DNA of 64,000 bases from Clostridium sp. CAG:557. Lineage in GTDB: Bacteria > Bacillota > Clostridia > Oscillospirales > Acutalibacteraceae. Positions within the stretch are counted from its first letter, which is position 1. Each line of letters starts with the position of its first letter. Below are positions 1-9,145 of the stretch, one piece after another. The notes under the pieces were generated by a model. That model was not told the DNA's origin, ran no database searches, and was given only the letters and a program-made list of their open reading frames with translations. The stretch spans positions 10,665 to 74,664 of the forward strand of contig FR883868.1 of the NCBI GenBank assembly GCA_000435275.1, written 5' to 3'. Position numbers and translations under genes: made by a program.

Positions 1-213
1 ATTTTACAAAAAATACAGTCCATAAAACTACCTCCATAACAAAATTTTAATATTTCCTAAAATCTTTGGCTGGCACTGGCCAAAAATATTTAATAAATGG
101 AATATTTTTGTAAGTTTGCAATAAAATTGCAAACTTACCCATGCACCAAAAAATATATTTTTGGGTGCATGGGGCCAGTGCCTTATCGGGCCACATCAAA
201 ACTTTTCAAAATA

Positions 214-2844
214 CTAATTTGCAAAAGGAATAACCAGCTCATGAACTTTGCCTAACGCCAAATCAATTTTAGAAACATCTTTTATACCTGCCATCGCCAT
301 ATCTTTGCGGCCACCACCATTGCCACCAGTTAGCTTCGCAACTTCTTTGACTAAAGCTCCAGCATTTACGCCATTTTCTAGTGCTATTTTTCCCGCACTT
401 ATAATAATATTCGATTTTTCTGAGCCAATATTAGCCAACACAACAACGACATTTTGAAACCTAGATTTCAAATCGTCGCAAATAAGCTTCAACATGTCAT
501 TATCAAAATTTTCAACTTTAGATACAATTATTTTCAACGCACCAACATCTTTAGCAGAATTGATCAAAGTCTCAACTTTATGCGACGCCATTTCTAAATT
601 TAATTTATTAATTGTTTTTTCGCTGTCTTTAAGCCTATCAACTAAATGCTTGCACTCATTAACCAATTCTTCTCTTTGCTTAGTTTTCAGCACTTTTTGG
701 CAGTCATTAATTAGGTTTAATTCATCATAAAGAAGATTTAAAACTCCCATGGATGTTACTGCTTCGATTCTTCTTACGCCCGACGCCACAGAGCATTCTG
801 AAATAATTTTAAAAACACCTAACTGAGCAGTATTATGAACATGCGTTCCACCGCAAAGTTCTGTAGAAAAATCTCCTACCTTTACAACGCGAACAACTTT
901 CCCATACTTTTCACCAAATAAAGCCATTGCTCCAATTTTTTTTGCATCCGAAAGTGCCATTTCTGTAACATTAACCGGTTCAGATAATAAAATTTCATCA
1001 TTAATTAACTTCTCAATTTCTTTCAAGTCATCCGCAGAAAGTGCCGAAAAATGAGTAAAATCAAAGCGTAATCTGTTCTCATCAACAAGCTGGCCCGCCT
1101 GCTCAACGTGTTTGCCTAAAACTTTTCTTAACGCTGCTTGTAAAAGGTGGGCTGCAGTATGGTTCCTCATAATTTTATTTCTCTTCGCCTCATTAACGTT
1201 AGCAGTAACAGTGTCCCCAACTTTTAACATCCCAGTTTTGACCTCAGCTAAATGCAAATAAGCCCCAGACGCATTTTTTACTGTATCCAAAATCTCAATT
1301 TCAGCATCGTCTGATGTCAATAATCCCGAATCTCCAGCTTGGCCGCCCCCCAGTGCATAAAAAGGTGATTTTTCTAAAATTATTTCAACCTTATCTCCTA
1401 TCACTGTAAAATCGACAAATTTGTCATCTTTAATTATTTTTAAAACATTTGTTCGGATCTCTAGTTTATCATAACCCACAAAATTTGTTGCTTTAACACC
1501 AGAAAAATCCAAATTTTCGGTTGCCCAAGCCTGTGCTTTTGCATAAGTCCTAGCTGCACGGGCTCTATTTTTTTGCTCCAAAAGCAGCTCATTAAATTTG
1601 TTTTCATCAACAGTCATGCCACGCTCCGCCAAAATCTCTTTTGTCAGATCGATAGGAAATCCAAAAGTATCATTAAGTTTAAATGCAATTTCTCCAGGTA
1701 AAATTGAACCTTTTTTCTTATCAATCTCATTGTTTAAAAGTTCTAATCCCTGGTCAATTGTTTTTACAAAATTTTCTTCTTCAACATTTATTAATTTTTT
1801 AATAAAGCTTTCTTTTTGTCGCAATTCTGGATAAGCTTTTTCGTTTTCTTTGATGACTGTTTCGCAAACCTTTGACAAAAATGTACCTTCTATTCCCAAA
1901 AGTCTTCCATGTCTAGCTGCACGGCGCAATAAACGTCTTAAAACGTACCCTCTGCCCTCATTTGACGGCATAACTCCATCGCTAATCATAAAAGTAACGC
2001 TTCTAATATGATCTGTAATTACTCTCAAAGAAACATCTTTTTTAGCATCTTCTCCATATTTTACACCAGAAATTTTGCAAACATGACTCATTATATTTTT
2101 GACCGTATCCACAAGGAATAAATTGTCAACGCCCTGCATAATGCAAGCCAATCGTTCTAGACCCATTCCAGTATCTATATTTTTTCGGTCAAGATTGGAA
2201 TAATTATTTTTGCCGTCATTTTCAAACTGAGTAAATACTAAATTCCAAAACTCTATGTATCTGTCACAATCGCAACCAACTTTACAATTTGGCGAACCAC
2301 AACCATATTCTTCGCCCCTGTCAAAATAAATCTCTGAACAAGGGCCACAAGGGCCAGAACCATGTTCCCAAAAATTATCTTCTTTACCCAGACGAACAAT
2401 TTTAGACGGGTCTACACCAATTTTTTTCGTCCAAATTTCAAATGCTTCATCGTCATCTTCATAAATAGAAACCCATAGTCTATCAACCGGCAACTCTAAA
2501 ACTTTCGTGCAAAATTCCCATGCCCAAGCTGTTGCTTCATTTTTAAAATAATCTCCGAATGAAAAATTGCCAAGCATTTCAAAAAATGTACCATGTCGCG
2601 CAGTAATTCCAACACACTCAATATCAGGAGTTCTAATACATTTCTGGCACGTTGTAACTCTTTTTCGAGGCGGGGTAACTTCCCCTGTAAAATATTTTTT
2701 CATTGGCGCCATTCCAGAATTTATTAGCAATAAGCTATCGTCATTTTCTGGAATCAAAGAAAAACTCTCTAACTTTAAGTGCCCTTTAGATTCAAAAAAT
2801 GACATAAATTTTTCTCTCAATTCGTTTAAACCTGTCCACTTCAT
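214..2844 (-). CDS. alaS: alanyl-tRNA synthetase
   Basis: 877-aa ORF with class II aaRS AlaRS architecture and full-length similarity to AlaRS. ATG at 2844 is preceded by GGAAG. The ORF-track start at 2859 is a TTG further upstream. Confidence 0.95.
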   Translation of the reverse strand: MKWTGLNELREKFMSFFESKGHLKLESFSLIPENDDSLLLINSGMAPMKKYFTGEVTPPRKRVTTCQKCIRTPDIECVGITARHGTFFEMLGNFSFGDYFKNEATAWAWEFCTKVLELPVDRLWVSIYEDDDEAFEIWTKKIGVDPSKIVRLGKEDNFWEHGSGPCGPCSEIYFDRGEEYGCGSPNCKVGCDCDRYIEFWNLVFTQFENDGKNNYSNLDRKNIDTGMGLERLACIMQGVDNLFLVDTVKNIMSHVCKISGVKYGEDAKKDVSLRVITDHIRSVTFMISDGVMPSNEGRGYVLRRLLRRAARHGRLLGIEGTFLSKVCETVIKENEKAYPELRQKESFIKKLINVEEENFVKTIDQGLELLNNEIDKKKGSILPGEIAFKLNDTFGFPIDLTKEILAERGMTVDENKFNELLLEQKNRARAARTYAKAQAWATENLDFSGVKATNFVGYDKLEIRTNVLKIIKDDKFVDFTVIGDKVEIILEKSPFYALGGGQAGDSGLLTSDDAEIEILDTVKNASGAYLHLAEVKTGMLKVGDTVTANVNEAKRNKIMRNHTAAHLLQAALRKVLGKHVEQAGQLVDENRLRFDFTHFSALSADDLKEIEKLINDEILLSEPVNVTEMALSDAKKIGAMALFGEKYGKVVRVVKVGDFSTELCGGTHVHNTAQLGVFKIISECSVASGVRRIEAVTSMGVLNLLYDELNLINDCQKVLKTKQREELVNECKHLVDRLKDSEKTINKLNLEMASHKVETLINSAKDVGALKIIVSKVENFDNDMLKLICDDLKSRFQNVVVVLANIGSEKSNIIISAGKIALENGVNAGALVKEVAKLTGGNGGGRKDMAMAGIKDVSKIDLALGKVHELVIPFAN

Positions 2845-2924
2845 ATAAATCACTTCCAAAAATAAATAAACTCTAGAATATTTGCTACAAAAGCAAAATT
2901 AATTCATAAAATATTCTGATTTAG

Positions 2925-2953
2925 ATTATACCTTCGCTCAAATAAAAAGTCAA
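2925..2953 (-). promoter_or_regulatory. sigma-A type promoter for alaS (TTGACT-17-TATAAT on minus strand)
   Basis: rc of 2948-2953 = TTGACT and rc of 2925-2930 = TATAAT with a 17-nt spacer. The leader to the alaS ATG is only ~75 nt, too short for a T-box. Confidence 0.55.
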
Positions 2954-3014
2954 TTCAGCGCATAATTCAATGTATATTTACAGTTTTTACAAACATAAAA
3001 TTAAGTTGATATAC

Positions 3015-3044
3015 TTGACATTCTTAACAAAAAATTGGTATAAT
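3015..3044 (+). promoter_or_regulatory. strong sigma-A promoter (TTGACA-18-TGgTATAAT) driving the remA-gmk-rpoZ operon
   Basis: TTGACA at 3015-3020 and extended -10 TGGTATAAT at 3036-3044, read directly from the sequence. It is divergent from the alaS promoter. Confidence 0.65.
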
Positions 3045-3082
3045 TTAAGAAATTTATTTTTTCGCACAGACTTTTGCTCATC

Positions 3083-3190
3083 CGCAGTGCGCCCCCCGGA
3101 ATAAACACTAAAAAATATTGTTTATTCCGGTCTGCAACTGCTTTAAAGTTGCAGACGCAGTGCATTGAAAATGTACTGCGGGGGCGCTTC
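3083..3190 (+). promoter_or_regulatory. highly structured 5' leader RNA upstream of remA (three adjacent hairpins enclosed by a GC stem)
   Basis: Perfect 12-bp hairpin 3096-3107/3119-3130. A 9-bp hairpin 3131-3139/3147-3155. A third hairpin 3156-3164/3172-3180. The closing stem GCGCCCCC 3090-3097 pairs with GGGGGCGC 3180-3187. A direct repeat CGCAGTGC (3083-3090 and 3156-3163) allows alternative pairing. No U-tract follows. Confidence 0.4.
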
Positions 3191-3236
3191 TAAGGCAAGT
3201 TCACTCTTTATGTCAGCGAAAAAGGGAGAAATCTTC

Positions 3237-3512
3237 ATGAAATTTATTAATGTTGGCTTTGGAAATATGGTATCTTCAGCAAGAATTGTTACCATCGTAT
3301 GTCCAGATGCTGCTCCGATTAAGCGCGTAATAACCGATGCCAGAAATAAAAACGAGCTAATTGACGCAACTTGTGGAAGAAGAACCCGAGCCGTTATCGT
3401 TACTGACAGCAGACTTATCATACTTTCAGCTCTACAGCCAGAAACAATTTCCAATAGGCTCAAAGGTGACTTCTCAAATGATGAAGGAGATTTAGATTTA
3501 TATGAGCAATAA
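3237..3512 (+). CDS. remA: RemA/YlzA (DUF370) family regulator
   Basis: [12 protein letters not shown]...PIKR motif typical of RemA/YlzA. RBS AAAGGGAGA lies 7 nt upstream of ATG 3237. It sits immediately upstream of gmk as in Bacillus. The ORF-track start at 3165 was rejected. Confidence 0.85.
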   Translation: MKFINVGFGNMVSSARIVTIVCPDAAPIKRVITDARNKNELIDATCGRRTRAVIVTDSRLIILSALQPETISNRLKGDFSNDEGDLDLYEQ

Positions 3513-4104
3513 AGGTTTACTTGTTGTTTTATCCGGTCCGTCTGGTTCTGGAAAAGATACAATTCTTGAACGGCTTGTTAATCTTGACAAAAACATTGTT
3601 AAGTCAATATCCGCTACAACTAGACCTTGCAGAATTGGCGAAGTTGATGGAAAAGATTACTTTTTTATTTCTGAACAGGATTTTTGTAACGCTATATCTG
3701 ATGAAAAATTGCTTGAATATACCAACTACTGTGGAAATTATTATGGAACCCTAAAAAATTTAGTAGAAGATTTACAAAATAATCAAAAAGATGTAATCTT
3801 AAAAATAGAAGTCGACGGAGCTAAACAAATTAAAGAAAAATGCCCTGACTCCTTAAGAATTTTTATATTGCCTCCATCTATGGACGACTTAAAAGATAGA
3901 CTATCTAAACGCGGAACTGAAACACCCGAAAATTTAGAAAAACGTTTGAATCGAGCCAAAGACGAAATAAAATTTTCGTCGGAATATGATTACATAGTCA
4001 TAAACGATGAAGTCGATAAATGTGCTCAAAATATATACTCAATTATAAATGCCGAAAAGTTTAAACTGCATAGAATGAAAAATATTATTAATGAGGTGCT
4101 TTAA
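3502..4104 (+). CDS. gmk: guanylate kinase
   Basis: P-loop GPSGSGKDT and guanylate kinase fold signature. Conserved remA-gmk-rpoZ order. Confidence 0.93.
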   Translation: MSNKGLLVVLSGPSGSGKDTILERLVNLDKNIVKSISATTRPCRIGEVDGKDYFFISEQDFCNAISDEKLLEYTNYCGNYYGTLKNLVEDLQNNQKDVILKIEVDGAKQIKEKCPDSLRIFILPPSMDDLKDRLSKRGTETPENLEKRLNRAKDEIKFSSEYDYIVINDEVDKCAQNIYSIINAEKFKLHRMKNIINEVL

Positions 4105-4105
4105 A

Positions 4106-4309
4106 ATGCAAAAAATATCAATTGATGAAATGTTATCCGGTAAAAAAAGTAGATATTCTCTTGTTATCGGCATAGCAAAACGTGCCAGGGAAATCGCCAG
4201 CAATGCCGAACAAAATGGCAATATTTTGACTGAAAAGCCTGTTAATTTAGCCATAAACGATTTTAAAGAGCATAAATATGAGCTTTTTGAACCTCAAGTC
4301 AACGACTAA
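4106..4309 (+). CDS. rpoZ: DNA-directed RNA polymerase subunit omega
   Basis: 67-aa product MQKISIDEMLSGKKSRYSLVIGIAKRAREI matches RpoZ. GAGGTG RBS at 4093-4098. Confidence 0.88.
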   Translation: MQKISIDEMLSGKKSRYSLVIGIAKRAREIASNAEQNGNILTEKPVNLAINDFKEHKYELFEPQVND

Positions 4310-4337
4310 TTGCCGATTTTACTTCTAAACTACTATT

Positions 4338-6800
4338 ATGAATGAAAAATTTATTGTAAAAGTTGCCGTTGAACATATCGTTTATCACCTTGACAAGTTT
4401 TATGACTATATTGTCCCAGAAGAATTTTGTCAAAACTTGGATGTTGGCTGTAGAGTTTTGGTCCCTTTTGGTGCTGGTAATAAAAAACGTCAAGGAATCG
4501 TTTTGCAGACGGATTTTTCTTCAGATACCTCTAAGTTAAAATCAGTTTTTGCAGTACTGGATGCCGTTCCAATTCTGAACGATGAAATGCTAGAACTTGC
4601 TAAATTCATAAAGAAAAAATATTTTTGTACAATTTATGACGCAGTCAAGCTTATGATTCCCGCCGGCATGAATTTTAAATTACATGAACAGTTTAAACTT
4701 TGTGATAATTTTAACGAATCTTTAGTCTTAAACTGCAACAAAATGGAAAAAAATTTGATTTCATATTTAAAAAATTTTAATGGTTGGGCTTCTAAGGAAG
4801 TTTTGTTGAATAATTTCGGGGCAACAACTCTAAACTGTTTAAAAAATTTAGAAAACAATTCAATAATTCAAAAAAGAGAACTCCAAAAAAGAAATTTATC
4901 TGACTCAAAAGTTAAAATGGTTAAATTAAAAGAACCTTTTGTTTCAATTTGTAATGTTAAAATTACGCCAAAACAAAAAATTATATATGACATTCTTACT
5001 CAAAATTTAAGTGGAATTTCTTTAAAAGAATTATTATACTTTTCTGGTTTTAGTGTTTCTGTTGTGGATAATTTAGTAAAAAAATGTATCGCAGAATATT
5101 TTGAAGATAAAGCTTACAGAGACCCATATAAAAATGTAAAATTTTCATGCTCTTCCAAAAAAATTATTTTGAATGACGAACAAAAGGCTGCTTATAATTC
5201 TATTTTAGAATTATACAAAACTAAAAAATATTGCGTTTCACTCCTTTATGGAATAACGGGTAGCGGAAAAACCTCTGTTTTTATGCGCTTAATCGAAGAT
5301 GTTATTACTGACGGTAGCAATGTTATTGTTATGGTGCCAGAAATTGCTTTAACACCTCAAATGGTTACAATCTTTAAAAGCAAATTTTTTGACAAAGTCG
5401 CAGTGTTTCACAGTGGGCTGTCTCAGGCTGAACGAATGGATGAATACAAACGTGTTAAAGACGGCTTAGTTAATGTTGCTGTTGGCACCCGCTCCGCTGT
5501 TTTTGCGCCATTTGAAAAAATTGGGCTTATTATTATGGATGAAGAGCAAGAATCCAGCTACAAATCCGATGCTACTCCTAGATTTAACGCACGTGAAGTT
5601 GCTAAATTTAGATGTGCATATCATAAAAGTTTACTTCTTTTGTCTTCTGCCACACCTTCCGTTGAAACTTTCTTTTGGGCTAAAAATAAAAAATATAGCA
5701 TAAATATTTTAAAAAATAGATATGCTGGTGCAAAGTTACCTGCAGTCTCCATCGTAGATATGAATAAAGAACAAGAAAGTGGAAATTTTAGTGCTTTTAG
5801 TTCCAAACTAACTGATAAACTGACTCAAAATCTGAATAATGGCAATCAATCTATTTTATTACTCAACAGAAGAGGTTATCACACTTTAGTTTCTTGCAAA
5901 AGTTGCGGACAGGTTTTAATGTGTCCAAATTGTAGCATTGCTTTAACGCTTCACTCTGCAAACAAAAAATTAATGTGCCATTATTGCGGATTTTCTACTG
6001 ATATTACTGATAAATGTCCAAATTGCCATAAGCATCAGTTAAAATATATTGGTGTGGGAACTCAAAAAGTTGAAGAAGATTTGAAAAAATTTTTCCCTGA
6101 AGCTCGTATCTTGCGCATGGACACCGATTCGATGATGTCTAAATTTTCTTATGAAAACAAGTTAAGAGATTTTGCATACGGTAAATATGATATTATGTTG
6201 GGAACTCAAATGGTTGCTAAAGGGTTGGATTTTCCCAACGTAACCCTTGTTGGTGTTTTGTCAGCGGATCAGTCCCTATACAGCGGTGATTTCAAAAGTT
6301 ATGAACGTACTTTTTCTTTGCTTACACAAGTTGTTGGCAGAGCTGGAAGAAATCAACATAACGGATTTGCAGTTATTCAAACTTTTACGCCAGAAAATCC
6401 TATTATCAATTTGGCTGCCAAGCAAGATTATGATTCTTTTTATGCTGATGAGATAATTTTAAGAAAAGCTCTGTTGTATCCGCCTTTTGCAAAACTTTGC
6501 GTCATCGGATTTGTTGGTGAAAAAGAATTTAATGTAATGAATGCAGCAAAATTTTTCTTTGAAATACTTAAAGATTTAATAAAAACCAATTATTTTACCT
6601 TAACTGTTCGAATTTTAGGTCCTTCTCCTGCGCAAATTTTTAAAGTTAATGGTAAATTTCGGTATAAGATAATTATAAAATTTAAAGATGAAAAAATTTT
6701 TAGAAACTTTATCTCTGATGCTTTAATTAAATTCGGTAATTGTAAAAAATTTACCGGCATTTCCACTTTCGTCGATTTGGAACCGGATTCAATTTTGTAA
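4338..6800 (+). CDS. priA: primosomal protein N' (replication restart helicase)
   Basis: Walker A GITGSGKT, DEEQ box, CxxC...CxxC zinc-binding cysteines (CKSCGQVLMCPNC...CHYCG...CPNC) and a C-terminal helicase domain. Confidence 0.93.
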   Translation: MNEKFIVKVAVEHIVYHLDKFYDYIVPEEFCQNLDVGCRVLVPFGAGNKKRQGIVLQTDFSSDTSKLKSVFAVLDAVPILNDEMLELAKFIKKKYFCTIYDAVKLMIPAGMNFKLHEQFKLCDNFNESLVLNCNKMEKNLISYLKNFNGWASKEVLLNNFGATTLNCLKNLENNSIIQKRELQKRNLSDSKVKMVKLKEPFVSICNVKITPKQKIIYDILTQNLSGISLKELLYFSGFSVSVVDNLVKKCIAEYFEDKAYRDPYKNVKFSCSSKKIILNDEQKAAYNSILELYKTKKYCVSLLYGITGSGKTSVFMRLIEDVITDGSNVIVMVPEIALTPQMVTIFKSKFFDKVAVFHSGLSQAERMDEYKRVKDGLVNVAVGTRSAVFAPFEKIGLIIMDEEQESSYKSDATPRFNAREVAKFRCAYHKSLLLLSSATPSVETFFWAKNKKYSINILKNRYAGAKLPAVSIVDMNKEQESGNFSAFSSKLTDKLTQNLNNGNQSILLLNRRGYHTLVSCKSCGQVLMCPNCSIALTLHSANKKLMCHYCGFSTDITDKCPNCHKHQLKYIGVGTQKVEEDLKKFFPEARILRMDTDSMMSKFSYENKLRDFAYGKYDIMLGTQMVAKGLDFPNVTLVGVLSADQSLYSGDFKSYERTFSLLTQVVGRAGRNQHNGFAVIQTFTPENPIINLAAKQDYDSFYADEIILRKALLYPPFAKLCVIGFVGEKEFNVMNAAKFFFEILKDLIKTNYFTLTVRILGPSPAQIFKVNGKFRYKIIIKFKDEKIFRNFISDALIKFGNCKKFTGISTFVDLEPDSIL

Positions 6801-6821
6801 AATCTATGGAGGATGTTTATC

Positions 6822-7295
6822 ATGGCTATAAGAAATGTTGTTTTAGAAGGAGACCCTATTTTATATAAAAAATGTCGGATTGTCAAAAACTTTGATGCTC
6901 GGCTTGCTCAGCTTATTGATGACATGATTGAAACTATGCAATTGAAAAACGGTGTTGGACTGGCTGCTTCTCAAGTTGGCATTCTAAAAAGAGTTGTAGT
7001 TATACAAACCAATCTTGAAGAAAAACCTCTCGAATTAGTAAATCCTCAAATTACCGAAGTTTCTGGAAATCAGGAGGAAGTTGAGGGATGCTTGTCTTGT
7101 CCCGGTGAGTACGGAATTACTAAACGTCCTATGAAAGTCAAAGTTAAGGCTTTTGACCGCTTCGGAGCTGAGCATTTTTATGATGGCGAAGCTCTACTTG
7201 CTCGTGCTTTTTGTCATGAAATTGACCACCTGGATGGCATTTTATTCAAAAATCATGTTATCCGTATGCTGGATGATTCTGAATTGGAAAGCTGA
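6822..7295 (+). CDS. def: peptide deformylase
   Basis: Conserved motifs GVGLAASQVG, EGCLSCPG and HEIDHLDG. ATG 6822 lies 8 nt after GGAGGA. Confidence 0.93.
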   Translation: MAIRNVVLEGDPILYKKCRIVKNFDARLAQLIDDMIETMQLKNGVGLAASQVGILKRVVVIQTNLEEKPLELVNPQITEVSGNQEEVEGCLSCPGEYGITKRPMKVKVKAFDRFGAEHFYDGEALLARAFCHEIDHLDGILFKNHVIRMLDDSELES

Positions 7296-7300
7296 TTTTT

Positions 7301-7423
7301 GGGCACCGCCAGAGCCAACGCTATGCGTTAGCTCTGGCAAATAAAAAAATATTCTTTTGCTTTTGTTTTATGGTAAAATTTTTTAATTTGCCCAATGCAT
7401 CAAAGGATGCATTAGGCGGTGCC
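7301..7423. repeat. GC-rich structured intergenic element with terminal inverted repeats GGGCACCGCC / GGCGGTGCC (copy 1)
   Basis: 9-10 bp perfect terminal complementarity (7301-7310 vs 7415-7423). It encloses hairpin CCAGAGC...GCTCTGG (7309-7337), which is followed by a U-rich tract and acts as a likely def terminator. It also encloses hairpin AATGCATC...GATGCATT (7394-7413). A related element is at 40781-40895. Confidence 0.45.
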
Positions 7424-7467
7424 TCAAAACTATTTAGCTTTTAAAATCTTACCTTTGAGGTGAAAAA

Positions 7468-8391
7468 ATGAAAATTATATTTATGGGAACTCCTGACTTC
7501 GCTGTCCCTTGCCTTGAAAAATTAATAAACTCCGAGCATGAAATAGTCGCAGTTTTTACTCAGTCAGACAAAAAAAAAGGACGTGGATATACATTAACAG
7601 CACCTCCAGTTAAAGAATTATCGCTACAACACGGTATTAAGGTATTTCAACCAGAAACTTTAAAAACTCAAGAAATATCAAATTTAATTACATCACTAAA
7701 ACCAGATTTGATTGTTGTTGTAGCTTATGGTAAAATATTACCAATGGACATCTTAAAAATTCCATTACTGGGTTGTATAAATGTACACGGTTCATTGTTG
7801 CCAAAATATAGGGGCGCCGCACCTATACAGTGGTCAGTAATAAATGGTGAAAAAATTACTGGTGTTACAACTATGTTCATGGATAAAGGTCTTGATACTG
7901 GCGATATGATCTTAAAATCTGAAACAAAAATTGGCAAAAACGAAACTTCAGGTGAACTTTTTGACAGACTAAGCATTATGGGTGCAGAACTTTTAATTAA
8001 GACCTTAAATGAAATTGAATTGGGCAATATTTGTAGAAAAAAGCAAAATGACGAAATGGCTACTTATGCACCTATGCTAAATAAAGATTGGGCAAAAATT
8101 AACTGGAATGACTCTGCAGAAAAAATACACAATTTAGTAAGAGGCTTGAATCCTTGGCCAGTGGCTGTAACTATTTTGGATAATAAAAATTTAAAAATTT
8201 ATAAAACAAAAATTGCCAAATTTATGGGTGGAAATCCCGGAGAAATAAAAAGCGTTAATCCTTTCATTGTGGCTTGTGGAAATAATTCCGCCATCGAAAT
8301 TTTGGAATTACAATTAGAATCCAAGAAACGCTTAAATTCTTCAGACTTTTCTAGAGGTTACAAATTAAAATTAGGTACAATTTTGGGCTAG
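7468..8391 (+). CDS. fmt: methionyl-tRNA formyltransferase
   Basis: N-terminal formyl transferase domain (MKIIFMGTPDFAVP; HGSLLPKYRGAAPIQ) and a C-terminal domain. Conserved def-fmt adjacency. Confidence 0.93.
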   Translation: MKIIFMGTPDFAVPCLEKLINSEHEIVAVFTQSDKKKGRGYTLTAPPVKELSLQHGIKVFQPETLKTQEISNLITSLKPDLIVVVAYGKILPMDILKIPLLGCINVHGSLLPKYRGAAPIQWSVINGEKITGVTTMFMDKGLDTGDMILKSETKIGKNETSGELFDRLSIMGAELLIKTLNEIELGNICRKKQNDEMATYAPMLNKDWAKINWNDSAEKIHNLVRGLNPWPVAVTILDNKNLKIYKTKIAKFMGGNPGEIKSVNPFIVACGNNSAIEILELQLESKKRLNSSDFSRGYKLKLGTILG

Positions 8392-8403
8392 GAGGAAATT
8401 TTT

Positions 8404-9111
8404 ATGTACGGACTTTATTACTTCGATTACTCTTATTTTTTATTTATGCTACCAGCGCTGATACTCTCTCTTTATGCACAAATTAAAGTAAGCAGCACTT
8501 TTGCTAAGTATTCTAAGATAAAAAATTCGAATGGGCTCACTGGATCAGAAGCTGCTTACAAAGTTTTAGCGCAAAATGGAGTCACAAACGTTGCGGTCGA
8601 ACATATTTCTGGAAGTCTAAACGACCATTTTGACCCTCAAACTAATATAATTCGGTTGTCTGACTCCGTCTATTCTTCAAATTCTGTTGCGGCTGTTGGT
8701 GTCGCCGCTCATGAAGCCGGCCATGCAGTTCAGTATGCAAATAATTACGCTCCTATGAAGTTTAGAAGAGTTTTAGTTCCTATCACTAATATCGGTTCAA
8801 CTTTGTCTATACCTTTGATTTTTATTGGCTTATTGCTTCCAATACAATATGATTTTATCGTTAATATTGGAATCGCTCTTTTTAGTTTTGCTGTACTTTT
8901 TCAACTGGTTACTTTGCCTGTCGAATTCGACGCTAGTAGGCGTGCAATTACAACTTTGGAACAGAGTGGTACCCTTTATGACGAAGAACTTATTGGTGCA
9001 AAAAAAGTGCTTAGTGCTGCGGCTATGACTTATTTAGCTGCTACCTTTTCGGCAGTAATGTCTCTTTTTAGGCTAATTTTAATTGCCGGAAATAGACGCG
9101 GTCGAGATTAA
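8404..9111 (+). CDS. membrane zinc metallopeptidase (Zn_peptidase_2 / HEXXH family)
   Basis: HEAGH motif and multiple predicted transmembrane helices. The family is commonly found near fmt. Confidence 0.7.
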   Translation: MYGLYYFDYSYFLFMLPALILSLYAQIKVSSTFAKYSKIKNSNGLTGSEAAYKVLAQNGVTNVAVEHISGSLNDHFDPQTNIIRLSDSVYSSNSVAAVGVAAHEAGHAVQYANNYAPMKFRRVLVPITNIGSTLSIPLIFIGLLLPIQYDFIVNIGIALFSFAVLFQLVTLPVEFDASRRAITTLEQSGTLYDEELIGAKKVLSAAAMTYLAATFSAVMSLFRLILIAGNRRGRD

Positions 9112-9145
9112 CTATGAGTTTTTAGAAATGATGTGTTAAAAAATT

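Noticed and set aside
2860-3014. Possible T-box riboswitch leader upstream of alaS
   Set aside because: A good sigma-A promoter for alaS lies only ~75 nt upstream of the ATG (TTGACT-17-TATAAT on the minus strand). No T-box consensus (rc CCGCGGTACCACCCTAATT) is visible, and the leader is far too short for a T-box.
3083-3190. remA leader structure as a third member of the GGGCACCGC TIR element family
   Set aside because: Its closing stem is GCGCCCCC/GGGGGCGC and its internal hairpins are unrelated. It shares only GC-richness, so it is treated as a separate feature.
3165-3236. ORF-track start of the remA ORF at 3165 (115 aa)
   Set aside because: The extension lies inside the structured leader and lacks an RBS. 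ATG 3237 has a strong AAAGGGAGA RBS and gives the conserved [11 protein letters not shown]-terminus.
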